Positions 1 to 9,673 of a stretch of 64,000 nucleotides of DNA are shown here, in pieces. The stretch lies in contig CP066680.1 in assembly GCA_016432245.1 (NCBI GenBank), positions 106,446-170,445 on the forward strand. Direction: 5' to 3'. Made by a program: the position numbers and the translations under genes. This DNA comes from Deltaproteobacteria bacterium (lineage in GTDB: Bacteria > Myxococcota > UBA727 > JABDBI01). The notes beneath the pieces are model-generated. The model did not search any database. It saw only the letters and a list, made by a program, of their open reading frames with translations, and had not been told where the DNA came from. Each line of letters starts with the position of its first letter. Position 1 is the first letter of the stretch.

Positions 1-412
1 GGAAGCAACCAGATAGAAAATCAGAAACAATCAAAGATTTAGAAGTGCCGTCTATTGCTTGATATTTTATGTTTATTTTTTTAAATCTAGAAACTTGACC
101 GAATTTTTGTGGAATGGAAAGACAACCTTCCTCCCACTTAAATTTGTCGCCTAATGGTAAAAAAAAAGGATTAATAAAAATTTCTGGTTTCTTAATATTA
201 AGATATTGATCTAAGTCTTTGCATGAATTTATAACGAAAATTCTTAAATTAATTCCTATTTGCGGAGCTGCCAGTCCAGCAGCATTATGTGCAATAACAG
301 AGTCAACAAGGTCACACCCAATTTTTTGAATATATTTGTCGATTGTTTGAATTGGTTGAGAAATTTTTCTTAAAATAGGGTCGGGCCATAATTTAATTTT
401 TCGGATACTCAT
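1..412 (-). CDS. def: peptide deformylase, 5' part only (gene runs off window start)
   Basis: Manual minus-strand translation from ATG at 412: MSIRKIKLWPDPILRKISQPI...GLAAPQIGINLRIFVI...EGCLSIP. This shows the Def motifs GxAAxQ and EGCLS. The start overlaps the pth stop as ATGA. Confidence 0.8.
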   Translation of the reverse strand, partial: MSIRKIKLWPDPILRKISQPIQTIDKYIQKIGCDLVDSVIAHNAAGLAAPQIGINLRIFVINSCKDLDQYLNIKKPEIFINPFFLPLGDKFKWEEGCLSIPQKFGQVSRFKKINIKYQAIDGTSKSLIVSDFLSGCF

Positions 413-942
413 AAAATTAAATTTTTAGAAAAAGCATCAATAACACATTTGGTATATTTGTATATCATTGGAAGTTGTTTTTCTTCTAAAATACTAAAAT
501 TGGACAGTGCAAAATTTTTTATTGGATACTTATTTAATGTATCTTTTATTTCAACACGAATTCGGAAAAAGGCACTTTCAATATTTTTCAATCTATTATG
601 ACCAGCAGATCCTCCATTAAATCTCACATCTACTGATCCAAAATCTAAATTAATATCATCGTAAATAAGTAGAATATTAGAGTTAGGTATTCTAAAGAAA
701 ATAGAAGAACAATCAAGAGAAACTTCAGAACGATTCATATAAGTTTGTGGCTTTAAATATATGGTATTAGTATGTTTACTATAGAGTTTTAAGAAACCAG
801 GCTTATAATAGCTTAAACACACAGTGCCCAGAATACGAAATCCAATATTGTGACGATTACGAAAAGAATTAGATTTTGACTTTTTAAGACCAGCAATTAA
901 ATATGAACTATGAGGTGCTTGTACTTGTTGTTGTGTTAGCAT
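409..942 (-). CDS. pth: peptidyl-tRNA hydrolase
   Basis: 177 aa with LIAGL...RHNIGF, matching the Pth signature (LIVGLGNPG...TRHNxGF). The true start may be a non-ATG codon a few residues downstream of the listed ATG. Confidence 0.8.
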   Translation of the reverse strand: MLTQQQVQAPHSSYLIAGLKKSKSNSFRNRHNIGFRILGTVCLSYYKPGFLKLYSKHTNTIYLKPQTYMNRSEVSLDCSSIFFRIPNSNILLIYDDINLDFGSVDVRFNGGSAGHNRLKNIESAFFRIRVEIKDTLNKYPIKNFALSNFSILEEKQLPMIYKYTKCVIDAFSKNLIL

Positions 943-1516
943 CAGTTTTATTTTTTTTTGGTATTTTTATTGATAAAATGATAGTGTTTTTATTAATTTG
1001 AAGACTAGTGTTTAAAGGTAATTCTAAACACTTAGCAATTAATGGACCATTGTCTAAATTTGCAATATTTATATCGATTTGAGTTGGGACATGAAGCGGA
1101 GAAACCCAAAGTGGAATAAAATGAAAAAGTTGCTCAATTTTTTTTCCAAGAGCGATAATGATATTTTTTCCAGAAATATTTAAAGGAATTTTCATTTTGA
1201 TTTGTTTAGAAGGATCAATAGACATAAAATCAAGATGATATATAGAACGAGATACCGGATCGATTTGGATGTCTTTAATTATAGCCAATCGAGAAGATTG
1301 ATTGAAAACATTAAGCTGGAAAACTACATTTCGTTTCCATGGTGATTGAAGCAATTTCAACATTTCTTTTTTGTTTACAATTAATGGAATAGAATTAGTA
1401 TTCTTTTCGTATAAGATTGCAGGAATTTGGTTATTTAATAATAAGCGTCGAATTGAATTTTTTCCAAGAGATTTCCTTGGAAAAGCGTAAAGCGAAAAAT
1501 GTGAAGAACTTGTCAT
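908..1516 (-). CDS. rplY: 50S ribosomal protein L25 / general stress protein Ctc (long form)
   Basis: 202 aa. The N-terminus FPRKSLGKNSIRRLLLNNQIPAILYEK fits the L25 pattern RxxxGKGxxRRLRxxGxxPAVxY. Confidence 0.7.
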   Translation of the reverse strand: MTSSSHFSLYAFPRKSLGKNSIRRLLLNNQIPAILYEKNTNSIPLIVNKKEMLKLLQSPWKRNVVFQLNVFNQSSRLAIIKDIQIDPVSRSIYHLDFMSIDPSKQIKMKIPLNISGKNIIIALGKKIEQLFHFIPLWVSPLHVPTQIDINIANLDNGPLIAKCLELPLNTSLQINKNTIILSIKIPKKNKTDANTTTSTSTS

Positions 1517-1579
1517 ATTTATTAACTTTAGATGATTTTTTTAGAAAAGACAAGATATATTTTAATTAATAAATTAAAA

Positions 1580-1888
1580 CTATATTATTTTATTGATAAT
1601 AGAACCTTCGTTTTTGTTGTTTACAAAGTACCAAGATAAGTTTGGAGTGTGCCTTATTTTTAAATTTTGACTCAACATATGTTGAAGAGATGCGCTATTA
1701 AATTTGATCCAATGTAAGGTTTTTTTACATAATTCTTCTGGGCCAAAAAGTGAAAAGAAAATCATAGCATTTTTTAAGTTTTTAGACATTTTTACATTTA
1801 AAATAGTTATGAAAGCAGGCGATTTTAGAATTTGTAAAGATAATATTTTTTGAATTTCTTTACTTATTTTAAGGCTACGTATCTGCAT
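1580..1888 (-). CDS. rbfA: ribosome-binding factor A
   Basis: 102 aa, starting 1 nt after the infB stop. ITILNVKMSKNLKNAMIFFSLFG matches the RbfA core VTITxVEVSxDLxxAKVYVSVLG, and the C-terminal LKIRHTPNLSWYFVNN fits LRxxPELxFxxD. Confidence 0.6.
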   Translation of the reverse strand: MQIRSLKISKEIQKILSLQILKSPAFITILNVKMSKNLKNAMIFFSLFGPEELCKKTLHWIKFNSASLQHMLSQNLKIRHTPNLSWYFVNNKNEGSIINKII

Positions 1889-1889
1889 G

Positions 1890-4556
1890 TTATTTTACAG
1901 AAATACATTCAAGTATGTCGCCAATTTCAAAAGAATGAAAATTTAAAATAGAGATACCGCATTCTAATCCAGAGGAGACCTCTTTTAGGTCTTCTTTGAA
2001 TCGTTTTAAACTATTAATGTGTCCCTCATGGATAATCTTGTTATTTCGCTTAATTCTTATTGGATATGATTTTTGAATCTTTCCACTTGAAATATAAACA
2101 CCAGCTATCTTTTCATTTTTTCCACTTGAGAAAATTTCTCGGATTTCACCGTAGCCGACTACTTCGATAATTGGAATATGAGGTTCGAGAGAGACTATCT
2201 TTTTCTTTATAAAATCTAATATATCATAGATAATATTAAAAGTATTGATATCTACTTTATTTTGACTTGCGAGTGACTTTATTTTAGAGTCTATTTTGGT
2301 ACAGAATCCTATAATTTGAGTATGTACACATTTTGCAAGGGAGATGTCATTTTCAGTTATAGTACCGATTCCAAAATGAATAATTTCAATTGATGCATTT
2401 GCAGAGTTTATTTTTTTTATAGCATTGATTATTGCTTCTAATGATCCATAGGTATTTGCTTTAATAATTAAGCTTAATTTGATTTTAGCACCATCTTGTT
2501 TTGACTTGTCTAGATTAATATGTTTTACAAATTCATGTTTATGAGAAGCTAGTCTGTGTTGTGTAATAGTTTTTGCTGTTTTTTCATTGCTAATGATATT
2601 AAAAGTATTACCTGGCTTAGGGGTTATTGACAAGCCTAGCCCATAAGATTGAAGGATCATGGAAGGAGTTGCGATTTTAATTTCATTTTTATTTTGATCA
2701 TGCATAACCTTAACTCTGCTATAAGCTTCTCCTATAATAATAATATCGCCTTTTTTTAGGATTCCTTTTTGTACTAAAAGGGTAGTAATTTGACCTTTTC
2801 CTTTTTCAGATCTTGATTCTAGTACGTAGCCAGACGCAGATACATTGAAATTTGCTTTGAGATTTAATACTTCGGCTAGGGTAATTATGCCTTCTAATAA
2901 TTGAGGTATTCCTTGATTCTTTAGTGCTGAAATCTCAAAACATTGAATTTCTCCTCCCCAAGATTCAGTTATGACATCATGGTTTGCGAGTTGTTGTAAT
3001 ACTTTATCTGGATTGGAATTTGGAGTATCAATTTTGTTAATTGCAACAATTATAGGAATGTTTAGAGATTTTGCATGTTTGATTGATTCTAAAGTTTGAG
3101 GCATAACGCCTTCATTTGCTGCAACTACAAGAACAATAATGTCAGTAACTTGAGCTCCTCTTGCTCTCATGTCGTAAAATGCTTCATGCCCAGGGGTATC
3201 AATGAATGTAATTAGACCTTTGTTTGAAGAAACATTGAAACCACTTATTTGTTGAGTTATTCCTCCAAATTCTTCATCAACAATTCGAGAGTTTTTTATT
3301 GTATCTAAGAGAGTTGTTTTTCCATGATCTACATGGCCCATGATAGTAACAATTGGAGGCCTTAACAATATATGTTCAGTTTTCTTTCGAGCACTATCTC
3401 GGAAGAGGTCTTCTTCATTTTTTTTTATATTTTTTATTTCATATCCTAGTTCTGTTGCAATAATAGAGGCAGTTTCTAGGTCGATTGTTTGGTTAACAGT
3501 TACGAAAACTCCCATATTCATTAGATGAGCAATTAATTGATTCGCTTTTATTGTCATCTCTAAAGCTAAATTATGAATACTTATAGGACCAGCTAATTCA
3601 ATATGCTTTTTTATAAAAGGAGATGTAGGATGATGGTGCTTAAAATAAGAAGGATTATTAGGGGAGGATAGGCGTTTTGTGGAATAGAAATTTTGAGATT
3701 TTCTTTGATGATGAGAATGAGAAAGATTATTATATGGCTTGAAGTGAGTATTGGGACTTTTTGGAAAGAGGGGCTTATTTTTTTTATGAATATACGGGGG
3801 GAGGTGTCTATTTGTGTCTTGTACAATAGGGTAAGAAGTTGGAAAGTTTTTTTTATTAAAATTTTTATGATAGGAATTTTCTTTATTTTTAAAGAATGGC
3901 ACTTTTTCTTCTGATAGATTGTGTCTTTTATTATTAAGTTTTTTAGAATTATATATGTCAGTAGGTCGTGTAGACGAAGTGGGTCTATAAGGAATTCGAG
4001 GAAACGAAGTGTTTTGATGGGGTCGATGGGGAAACTTGAGTTGAAAGTTTGATTGATCATGCTGAGCGAAAACAGGTTGTTTAGGATGTCTTTCAGAGAC
4101 ATTTATAGCATTGGCCTTAAATTGGTTTGACTTCAGGCTAGATAGAGGGGAAAAAGAGTGTTTTGCTTGGATTTCTTGATAAGAGTGTGTTTTTACTACT
4201 TTGTCAGTGATTAGATCCCTTGAGTGCAAAGGTAGCTGTTTTTCACCCGATGTAGGAAGATTCGTTGCACTTTTATTAAAATTATTAAAATAACTTTTAT
4301 TTGAAGAGATAGGTTTTATAAATTCATGTTGAGACTTGTAGTTTCTATTAAATGGGGATATGTGTTTTGTGAAGTTAGTTATTGGCTTCGAAATGAAGTT
4401 TTTGTGTATTAGATTTACAAGTGAAGGTTCCAACAATGAAATCGGTGTAATTTTATGCTCACCGTGATGTTGAAGAAATGAAATTAATTCATTTGTAGAT
4501 GTATTTAACTGTTTCGCTACTTCAAGTAATCTGATCTTTTTCATAATTTTACCCAT
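1890..4556 (-). CDS. infB: translation initiation factor IF-2
   Basis: 888 aa. It has the G-domain GHVDHGKTTLLD, DTPGHEAF and NKID. The N-terminal region is low-complexity N/K/S-rich. It sits in the conserved nusA-infB-rbfA order. Confidence 0.9.
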   Translation of the reverse strand: MGKIMKKIRLLEVAKQLNTSTNELISFLQHHGEHKITPISLLEPSLVNLIHKNFISKPITNFTKHISPFNRNYKSQHEFIKPISSNKSYFNNFNKSATNLPTSGEKQLPLHSRDLITDKVVKTHSYQEIQAKHSFSPLSSLKSNQFKANAINVSERHPKQPVFAQHDQSNFQLKFPHRPHQNTSFPRIPYRPTSSTRPTDIYNSKKLNNKRHNLSEEKVPFFKNKENSYHKNFNKKNFPTSYPIVQDTNRHLPPYIHKKNKPLFPKSPNTHFKPYNNLSHSHHQRKSQNFYSTKRLSSPNNPSYFKHHHPTSPFIKKHIELAGPISIHNLALEMTIKANQLIAHLMNMGVFVTVNQTIDLETASIIATELGYEIKNIKKNEEDLFRDSARKKTEHILLRPPIVTIMGHVDHGKTTLLDTIKNSRIVDEEFGGITQQISGFNVSSNKGLITFIDTPGHEAFYDMRARGAQVTDIIVLVVAANEGVMPQTLESIKHAKSLNIPIIVAINKIDTPNSNPDKVLQQLANHDVITESWGGEIQCFEISALKNQGIPQLLEGIITLAEVLNLKANFNVSASGYVLESRSEKGKGQITTLLVQKGILKKGDIIIIGEAYSRVKVMHDQNKNEIKIATPSMILQSYGLGLSITPKPGNTFNIISNEKTAKTITQHRLASHKHEFVKHINLDKSKQDGAKIKLSLIIKANTYGSLEAIINAIKKINSANASIEIIHFGIGTITENDISLAKCVHTQIIGFCTKIDSKIKSLASQNKVDINTFNIIYDILDFIKKKIVSLEPHIPIIEVVGYGEIREIFSSGKNEKIAGVYISSGKIQKSYPIRIKRNNKIIHEGHINSLKRFKEDLKEVSSGLECGISILNFHSFEIGDILECISVK

Positions 4557-4679
4557 TGTGTATTTTGCTTTTATAACGAGTTATAAAATGTATTTTAAAA
4601 CATTGCAAATTTTGACATATGTATAAGTTTTTTTTTAATATTTTCAAGGGATTATAAATCTTAAAAGACCAGAGAGAGC

Positions 4680-4698
4680 TTTTTTTTTTTTTTTTTTT
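4680..4698. repeat. T19 homopolymer (A19 on the coding strand) in the nusA-infB spacer
   Basis: 19 consecutive T read directly at 4680-4698, between the nusA stop (4724) and the infB start (4556). Confidence 0.95.
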
Positions 4699-4723
4699 AC
4701 AGAAAATACAGTTTTTATTCATA

Positions 4724-6304
4724 TTATTGGCGTATTGTGTTAGTATTAAAATAAGTTTTGATAAAATGTTTTATTTTTTCTATTTTCTCCAAAGGCATCT
4801 GAGTGTTTGATAATAGAAGTTCTGTAGGGCAAAAGCAAATATCAATTAAATCTTTATAATGAAAGTTTTTCAATACATCTATATCTTGTTTTGAAATTAT
4901 ATTATGAGTTACTAGTAAATTTAGGCTAGTGTTTTGAGATTGAATCGCAAATAAAGGGAAATCACGCAGAAAGAAGGATGATAGTCGTTTTTGTTCTAAG
5001 ATTCTTTTGGCTTTGCTTTTTATATCGATCATTTGTTGTGAGCTTAGGTTTAGGTTGGGGATCTTTTCTAATTGTTCTAAATTTATTTTGATTATATCAG
5101 AAAATGTTTTAATTCCATGATCGTATAAAGACTTGATTTGTAATTCATTTAAATTAGAGAGTTGAGAAAAGAATACGTTAGCTTGTTTTTTTGTTTTAGA
5201 GGATATTGAATCAGAATGAACATCGATACACCAACCAGTTAATATAGATGCGAGACGTACATTTATACCATCTTTTCCTATAGCAAGTGAAAGCTGGTCG
5301 TCTGAAACGAACACTTGCATTGATTTATTTATTTCATTAATTGAAATATGGTTAATGATAGCAGGAGTTAGAGAGTTGCATATGAATTGGGTATCGTTTT
5401 GATTGAAGGGGATGATGTCTATTTTTTCACCTCGTAATTCTTGCACGATTTGTTGAATCTTTTCTCCTTTAATTCCAAGACAAAATCCAACAGGATCAAA
5501 TTGAGAAGCTTTAGAGGAGACAGCAACTTTGCTTCGAATTCCAGCCTCTCTTGCCACTGCGTGAATCTCGACATTATCCAGTAATTTTGAAATATTTTCT
5601 GTTAAGAGGGTCGAGAGCAATAGTGGGGATTGTCTTGATAGAATAATTTGAGGGCCAACTGCTGTTGGTAGGACATTTAAAATTAAAGCAAGAATTTTGG
5701 AGCCAACATGAAGAGTTTCTTGAGCTGCATGTTGAATTGGAATATAGCCTTCTGTTGCACTCATCTTACCAGTGTTTGTGCGTGCTTGAATTAAAGAGAC
5801 GATGATCTTTTCTTTTTCAAACCTTTTAATAATAACGGGTATGATGGATCCAACTTTGTATCTATATTTTTCATAAATAAGCATCTGTTCTGATTCGAGT
5901 GCTTTTTGTTCAAGGAGATGTTTGGCGGTTTGAGTGGCCATTCGAAGGAAAATAGATACGTTGAGGGGAATAGCGAGATAAACAGGATGACCATTTTCTA
6001 TGTCTTTCTTTTTGTATTTAATGCTTGAGTCCAGAAACATTGCTTTGTTAAAGGGAATTTGCGAAATGGGATCAAAGGAGTCAGAGAGTACTATTTTCTT
6101 TATTTGAAAAGCGCTCAAAGATTCATTTAATTTATTGTAATTAACGATAACTTCTGAGTTGGTACCAAGACATTTTTGACTGGCGATTTTTATAGCTAAT
6201 TTCAATGCATTAATTATAGTTGTAGGGTGTAGCTTTTTTGATTTGCCAATAGTATGAGTTATTAGCTTAAGGTTTTCGAGTTTTAATGGTTCAAAATTAA
6301 TCAT
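4724..6304 (-). CDS. nusA: transcription termination/antitermination factor NusA
   Basis: 526 aa with S1/KH-type RNA-binding architecture (…GIRSKVAVSS…, GxxG KH motif GKDGINVRLAS). It lies immediately upstream of infB. Confidence 0.8.
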   Translation of the reverse strand: MINFEPLKLENLKLITHTIGKSKKLHPTTIINALKLAIKIASQKCLGTNSEVIVNYNKLNESLSAFQIKKIVLSDSFDPISQIPFNKAMFLDSSIKYKKKDIENGHPVYLAIPLNVSIFLRMATQTAKHLLEQKALESEQMLIYEKYRYKVGSIIPVIIKRFEKEKIIVSLIQARTNTGKMSATEGYIPIQHAAQETLHVGSKILALILNVLPTAVGPQIILSRQSPLLLSTLLTENISKLLDNVEIHAVAREAGIRSKVAVSSKASQFDPVGFCLGIKGEKIQQIVQELRGEKIDIIPFNQNDTQFICNSLTPAIINHISINEINKSMQVFVSDDQLSLAIGKDGINVRLASILTGWCIDVHSDSISSKTKKQANVFFSQLSNLNELQIKSLYDHGIKTFSDIIKINLEQLEKIPNLNLSSQQMIDIKSKAKRILEQKRLSSFFLRDFPLFAIQSQNTSLNLLVTHNIISKQDIDVLKNFHYKDLIDICFCPTELLLSNTQMPLEKIEKIKHFIKTYFNTNTIRQ

Positions 6305-6690
6305 AGAATAATGTTGCTTTTAAGTATAAAAATATAAAGTTTTTATATTTGTACTATATTTAAGAGAAGTCTCAATCTAGGTGAAATAAATATAATGGTA
6401 AATAAGCTGAATTTTAAGATAAAACTTTTGAATATATTCTTGTTAGGAGCGACATCTCAATCTAGTTTAGTATGATAAAATGATAGCAAAATAGCAGGAG
6501 GTGAAATGGATTTTCAGGATTTTAGATTTAATTCAATGTTTTCAGAGATATGCAAAAAATCATTGTTATCGAAGTTTTTTCAATGGAAATTATACCAGGT
6601 GAAGCTAATAAATGAAAATAGGCTTGATTTGAGCCGTATAAAAGACAGGTTTTTTTTGTATAGGCAAATGTGTTTGTATTTAGAAATATA

Positions 6691-7632
6691 TTAAAGAGTG
6701 TATAAAAATACCTGGAAAATATGTTCCTTGGAGTAGGCAAGAGCTTTTGTATTCTTTTCCGCTTGTATAAGATGTTTCAGAATTTGTATTAAGGTTTTTG
6801 ATTTGAATTTGTTTGAAGGGTAGCGTTTTAGAGTGTTTGAAATTTTTGAGTTAAAAAAAGGATTTATTTTAGCTTGCAATAATGATTTGCAATGCCAGGT
6901 TAGAAGGGATAAGAGTGCGATGGAATTTTTAGGAATTGGAAAGGTACTTAATTGTCTAAGAGAGGATACGTATTGTCTGACAAGAAGAGAATCTAGGCAG
7001 TCTATGGCAGATGGAGTTTGGGTGGATGATTGGAGCATGTTGATAGGGGTTTCAAGTAACGAGTTCGACTCGTTGTGTGAGAAGTGTGGCGTGTCTAAAG
7101 TATTTCTTAATAGATCTAAATTATTTCCTATATTGCTTTGAATCATAGAAGAAATACTTGAACTTATTTGAATGTGAGCTGTTGAGGCTTCGGCTTTAAT
7201 TATTTGTATGGTTTCATATTTAGTTAGTTTGTTGAAGTTGAAGAGAGTGTTTGACATTGCAAGAGTTTCTATTATTTTTAATGGGTAACTTGTTTTTTTA
7301 AATAGAAAGACTAAAAGTGTTGTTTTTATAGGATTTTGAAGGTATTTTTGAAGTAAATCCAATTGATCTGAGCAAAAGGAGTTGGAAATCGGCGCAGCAA
7401 TTAATCGAAAATCAGATTGTATTGGTCTAAATTTGGCGGCATGGAGGATCTTTTCCATAGGAGAATTTTCATCTAAAAAATCATAATTGAATTCGACGTT
7501 ATTTGGCAGATATTTATTTTGCAGGTCTGTTATTGTTTTTTTAGTTAGAAAGCTACTTTGACAGAGTATGCCGATTACATTTGGAAGTGCCTTTAGTGAA
7601 AGCTTTTGTATCCATTCGGAGTATGATTTCAT
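6691..7632 (-). CDS. hypothetical protein, possibly DNA polymerase III delta subunit
   Basis: 313-aa uninterrupted ORF in an AT-rich background. Size and helical composition are compatible with HolA, but no diagnostic motif was recognised. Confidence 0.35.
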   Translation of the reverse strand: MKSYSEWIQKLSLKALPNVIGILCQSSFLTKKTITDLQNKYLPNNVEFNYDFLDENSPMEKILHAAKFRPIQSDFRLIAAPISNSFCSDQLDLLQKYLQNPIKTTLLVFLFKKTSYPLKIIETLAMSNTLFNFNKLTKYETIQIIKAEASTAHIQISSSISSMIQSNIGNNLDLLRNTLDTPHFSHNESNSLLETPINMLQSSTQTPSAIDCLDSLLVRQYVSSLRQLSTFPIPKNSIALLSLLTWHCKSLLQAKINPFFNSKISNTLKRYPSNKFKSKTLIQILKHLIQAEKNTKALAYSKEHIFQVFLYTL

Positions 7633-7732
7633 GATAGAAGGAAGATTAGGGAAGAAATTTATTTTGTCAAAACAGAAATTTCTAATAGTTGAAATTTATT
7701 TTTTATTTGTTATAAGTTATTTTATATAATAT

Positions 7733-9424
7733 ATGTTGGTTATTTTTTTAAAAAACATTATTAACAATGAAATAAGGCGCATATGGCCGAAGATAGATAT
7801 GCCAGATTTCTTTGTGGAGAGATTGGAGCTTAGCGGGTATGGGGATTATTATTCAAACGTAGCCTTTGTTGTGTCAAAAGAGTTAGGGAGCGCGCCATCA
7901 GTTGTTGCGCTTGATTTAGCAAGAGAAGTTCAAAGATATAATTGTATTGAAAAAATTGAAGTGGCAGATCCTGGTTTTTTTAATATATATGTAGATGAGG
8001 AAATTTTGAATGGATTGATTCCGGTTGTGTTGGCTAAGAATGTGGAATATGGATCTCGCGCAATGAAAGGCAAGAGGGTCTTAATTGAGTTTGTTTCAGC
8101 AAATCCAACAGGGCCTCTTCATATTGGGCACGCTAGGTCGGCTTTTTTGGGGGATGTATTGTCTAGGCTGTTAAAAAAAGTTGGATACGAGGTTAGTAAG
8201 GAGTATTATATTAATGATTTTGGTAATCAAGTCGAAATATTGGCTAATAGTATATATAAAGAGTATTGCGCATTGCATGGCGTGGAATTTTCAGTAGATG
8301 AAGAATATTCAGGAGGGTATATAAAGGAAATCGCAAAAGAGATGGCGAAAAAAGAAGGTTCGAGGTGGACTTCGTGCGAGTATCTACCTCACTTTATTGA
8401 AGTAGGAGTTTTAAAAAATTTGGATAGAATAAAAAAAGATCTAAGGGGGATGCATATCGAGTTTGACTCTTGGTTTTCTGAAAGCGAATTATATGAGAAA
8501 GGTATAGTGGAAGAGGTTATGAATATATATAGGTCAAAAAACTTGCTATATGAAGCGAATCGCTCGAAAGAGGGAGGGGAGGCTATTCGGCGAGATGGTA
8601 GCAAGTCGAATGAATTTTCCTTTCGCAAAGAGGGAGGTCTTTTTTTACAGACCTCAAAATATGGCGATGTGGAAGATAGAGTAGTGAGAAGAAAAAACGG
8701 AACATCAGTCTATTTGTTGGCGGACATTGCATATCATATGGAGAAATTTAAAAGAGGCTTCGATTCTATTTTAAATCTTTGGGGAGCAGACCATGCAGGG
8801 CACGTGGGAAGATTGAGGGCAGGTATTAGAGCTCTAGGCTTAGATGATAGTAAGTTGGAATTTATTTTAGTTCAGATGGTAAAGCTGATGAAGGAAGGAA
8901 AAGATATTAAAATTTCTAAGAGGGCAGGAAGTATAATCGAATTGCAGGAGCTCGTCAGAGAGATAGGGGAGGGGGCTTCGAGGATACTGTTTATGCATAG
9001 ATCGCCGAATTCACAATTTGTTTTTGATATCGAAAAGATGAAAGAGGGCTCGGTAAACAATCCAGTTTGTTATTTTTCTTATGGATTGAAACGTATGTAT
9101 GCATTAGTTGAAAAGTCATCATATAATGGTTTTTTTTTTAATAGATCAAATTATAGGCTTTTAAGGGAGGAAAGAGAGTTGTTAAAAAAAGTAAGTATAT
9201 ATCACAGTGTTTTGGAGGTGGCTGCCAATCTTAAGGAGCCACATCGTATATTATTCTATTGCCAAGATCTAATATCGGCTTTTCACTCTTATTTTTCTAG
9301 ATATAGAAATAATGATAAAATTTTGTCTGCGGATAGAGAAAAGTCCAAGATAAGAGTTGGATTAATTATTTCTTTAAAAATAATTGTTGAAAGCTCTTTA
9401 CAAGTTTTAGGGATTCGTGTATGA
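7733..9424 (+). CDS. argS: arginine--tRNA ligase
   Basis: 563 aa. It has the class I HIGH motif PTGPLHIGHARSAFLGDVLSRLL and the C-terminal ArgRS anticodon-binding region. Confidence 0.9.
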   Translation: MLVIFLKNIINNEIRRIWPKIDMPDFFVERLELSGYGDYYSNVAFVVSKELGSAPSVVALDLAREVQRYNCIEKIEVADPGFFNIYVDEEILNGLIPVVLAKNVEYGSRAMKGKRVLIEFVSANPTGPLHIGHARSAFLGDVLSRLLKKVGYEVSKEYYINDFGNQVEILANSIYKEYCALHGVEFSVDEEYSGGYIKEIAKEMAKKEGSRWTSCEYLPHFIEVGVLKNLDRIKKDLRGMHIEFDSWFSESELYEKGIVEEVMNIYRSKNLLYEANRSKEGGEAIRRDGSKSNEFSFRKEGGLFLQTSKYGDVEDRVVRRKNGTSVYLLADIAYHMEKFKRGFDSILNLWGADHAGHVGRLRAGIRALGLDDSKLEFILVQMVKLMKEGKDIKISKRAGSIIELQELVREIGEGASRILFMHRSPNSQFVFDIEKMKEGSVNNPVCYFSYGLKRMYALVEKSSYNGFFFNRSNYRLLREERELLKKVSIYHSVLEVAANLKEPHRILFYCQDLISAFHSYFSRYRNNDKILSADREKSKIRVGLIISLKIIVESSLQVLGIRV

Positions 9425-9588
9425 TAAATTCGGCGGATGAGAAGGAAGTGTCTGAAATCCTAATTGGTGGATTTGGTAGAGCTATTTTACCGATAGCGCT
9501 GCATTTTACTGAATGGATGGCTTTAAACGCTGAAGAGCTGCACGTTTTCTCATGGCTCTCATGGGCAGTGATGCCCCCTTGGAGCAAA

Positions 9589-9660
9589 TGGGGTGTAGAC
9601 AAGTGGCAAGTCATCGGATTTTGATTCCGACATTCGAAGGTTCGAATCCTTCCACCCCAG
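9589..9660 (+). tRNA. tRNA-Gln (anticodon UUG)
   Basis: Cloverleaf folded by hand: acceptor TGGGGTG/CACCCCA (U1:A72 as in E. coli tRNA-Gln), anticodon arm TCGGA-TTTTGAT-TCCGA, T arm GAAGG-TTCGAAT-CCTTC. It overlaps spurious ORFs 9421..9624 and 9366..9689. Confidence 0.8.
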
Positions 9661-9668
9661 AAAGGAGG
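9661..9668 (+). promoter_or_regulatory. Shine-Dalgarno AAAGGAGG for ssb
   Basis: AAAGGAGG lies 5 nt upstream of the ssb ATG at 9674. Confidence 0.5.
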
Positions 9669-9673
9669 CAAAA

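Noticed and set aside
3340-4102. ORFs 3340..3528(+), 3611..4102(-) and 3693..3914(+) inside infB
   Set aside because: They lie entirely within the well-supported infB reading frame, in its low-complexity N-terminal region. They have hydrophobic/low-complexity composition typical of out-of-frame AT-rich artefacts.
6506-6740. ORFs 6506..6694(+) and 6528..6740(-) in the nusA upstream gap
   Set aside because: They are short, mutually overlapping, low-complexity, with no ribosome-binding site or similarity. They are treated as non-coding.
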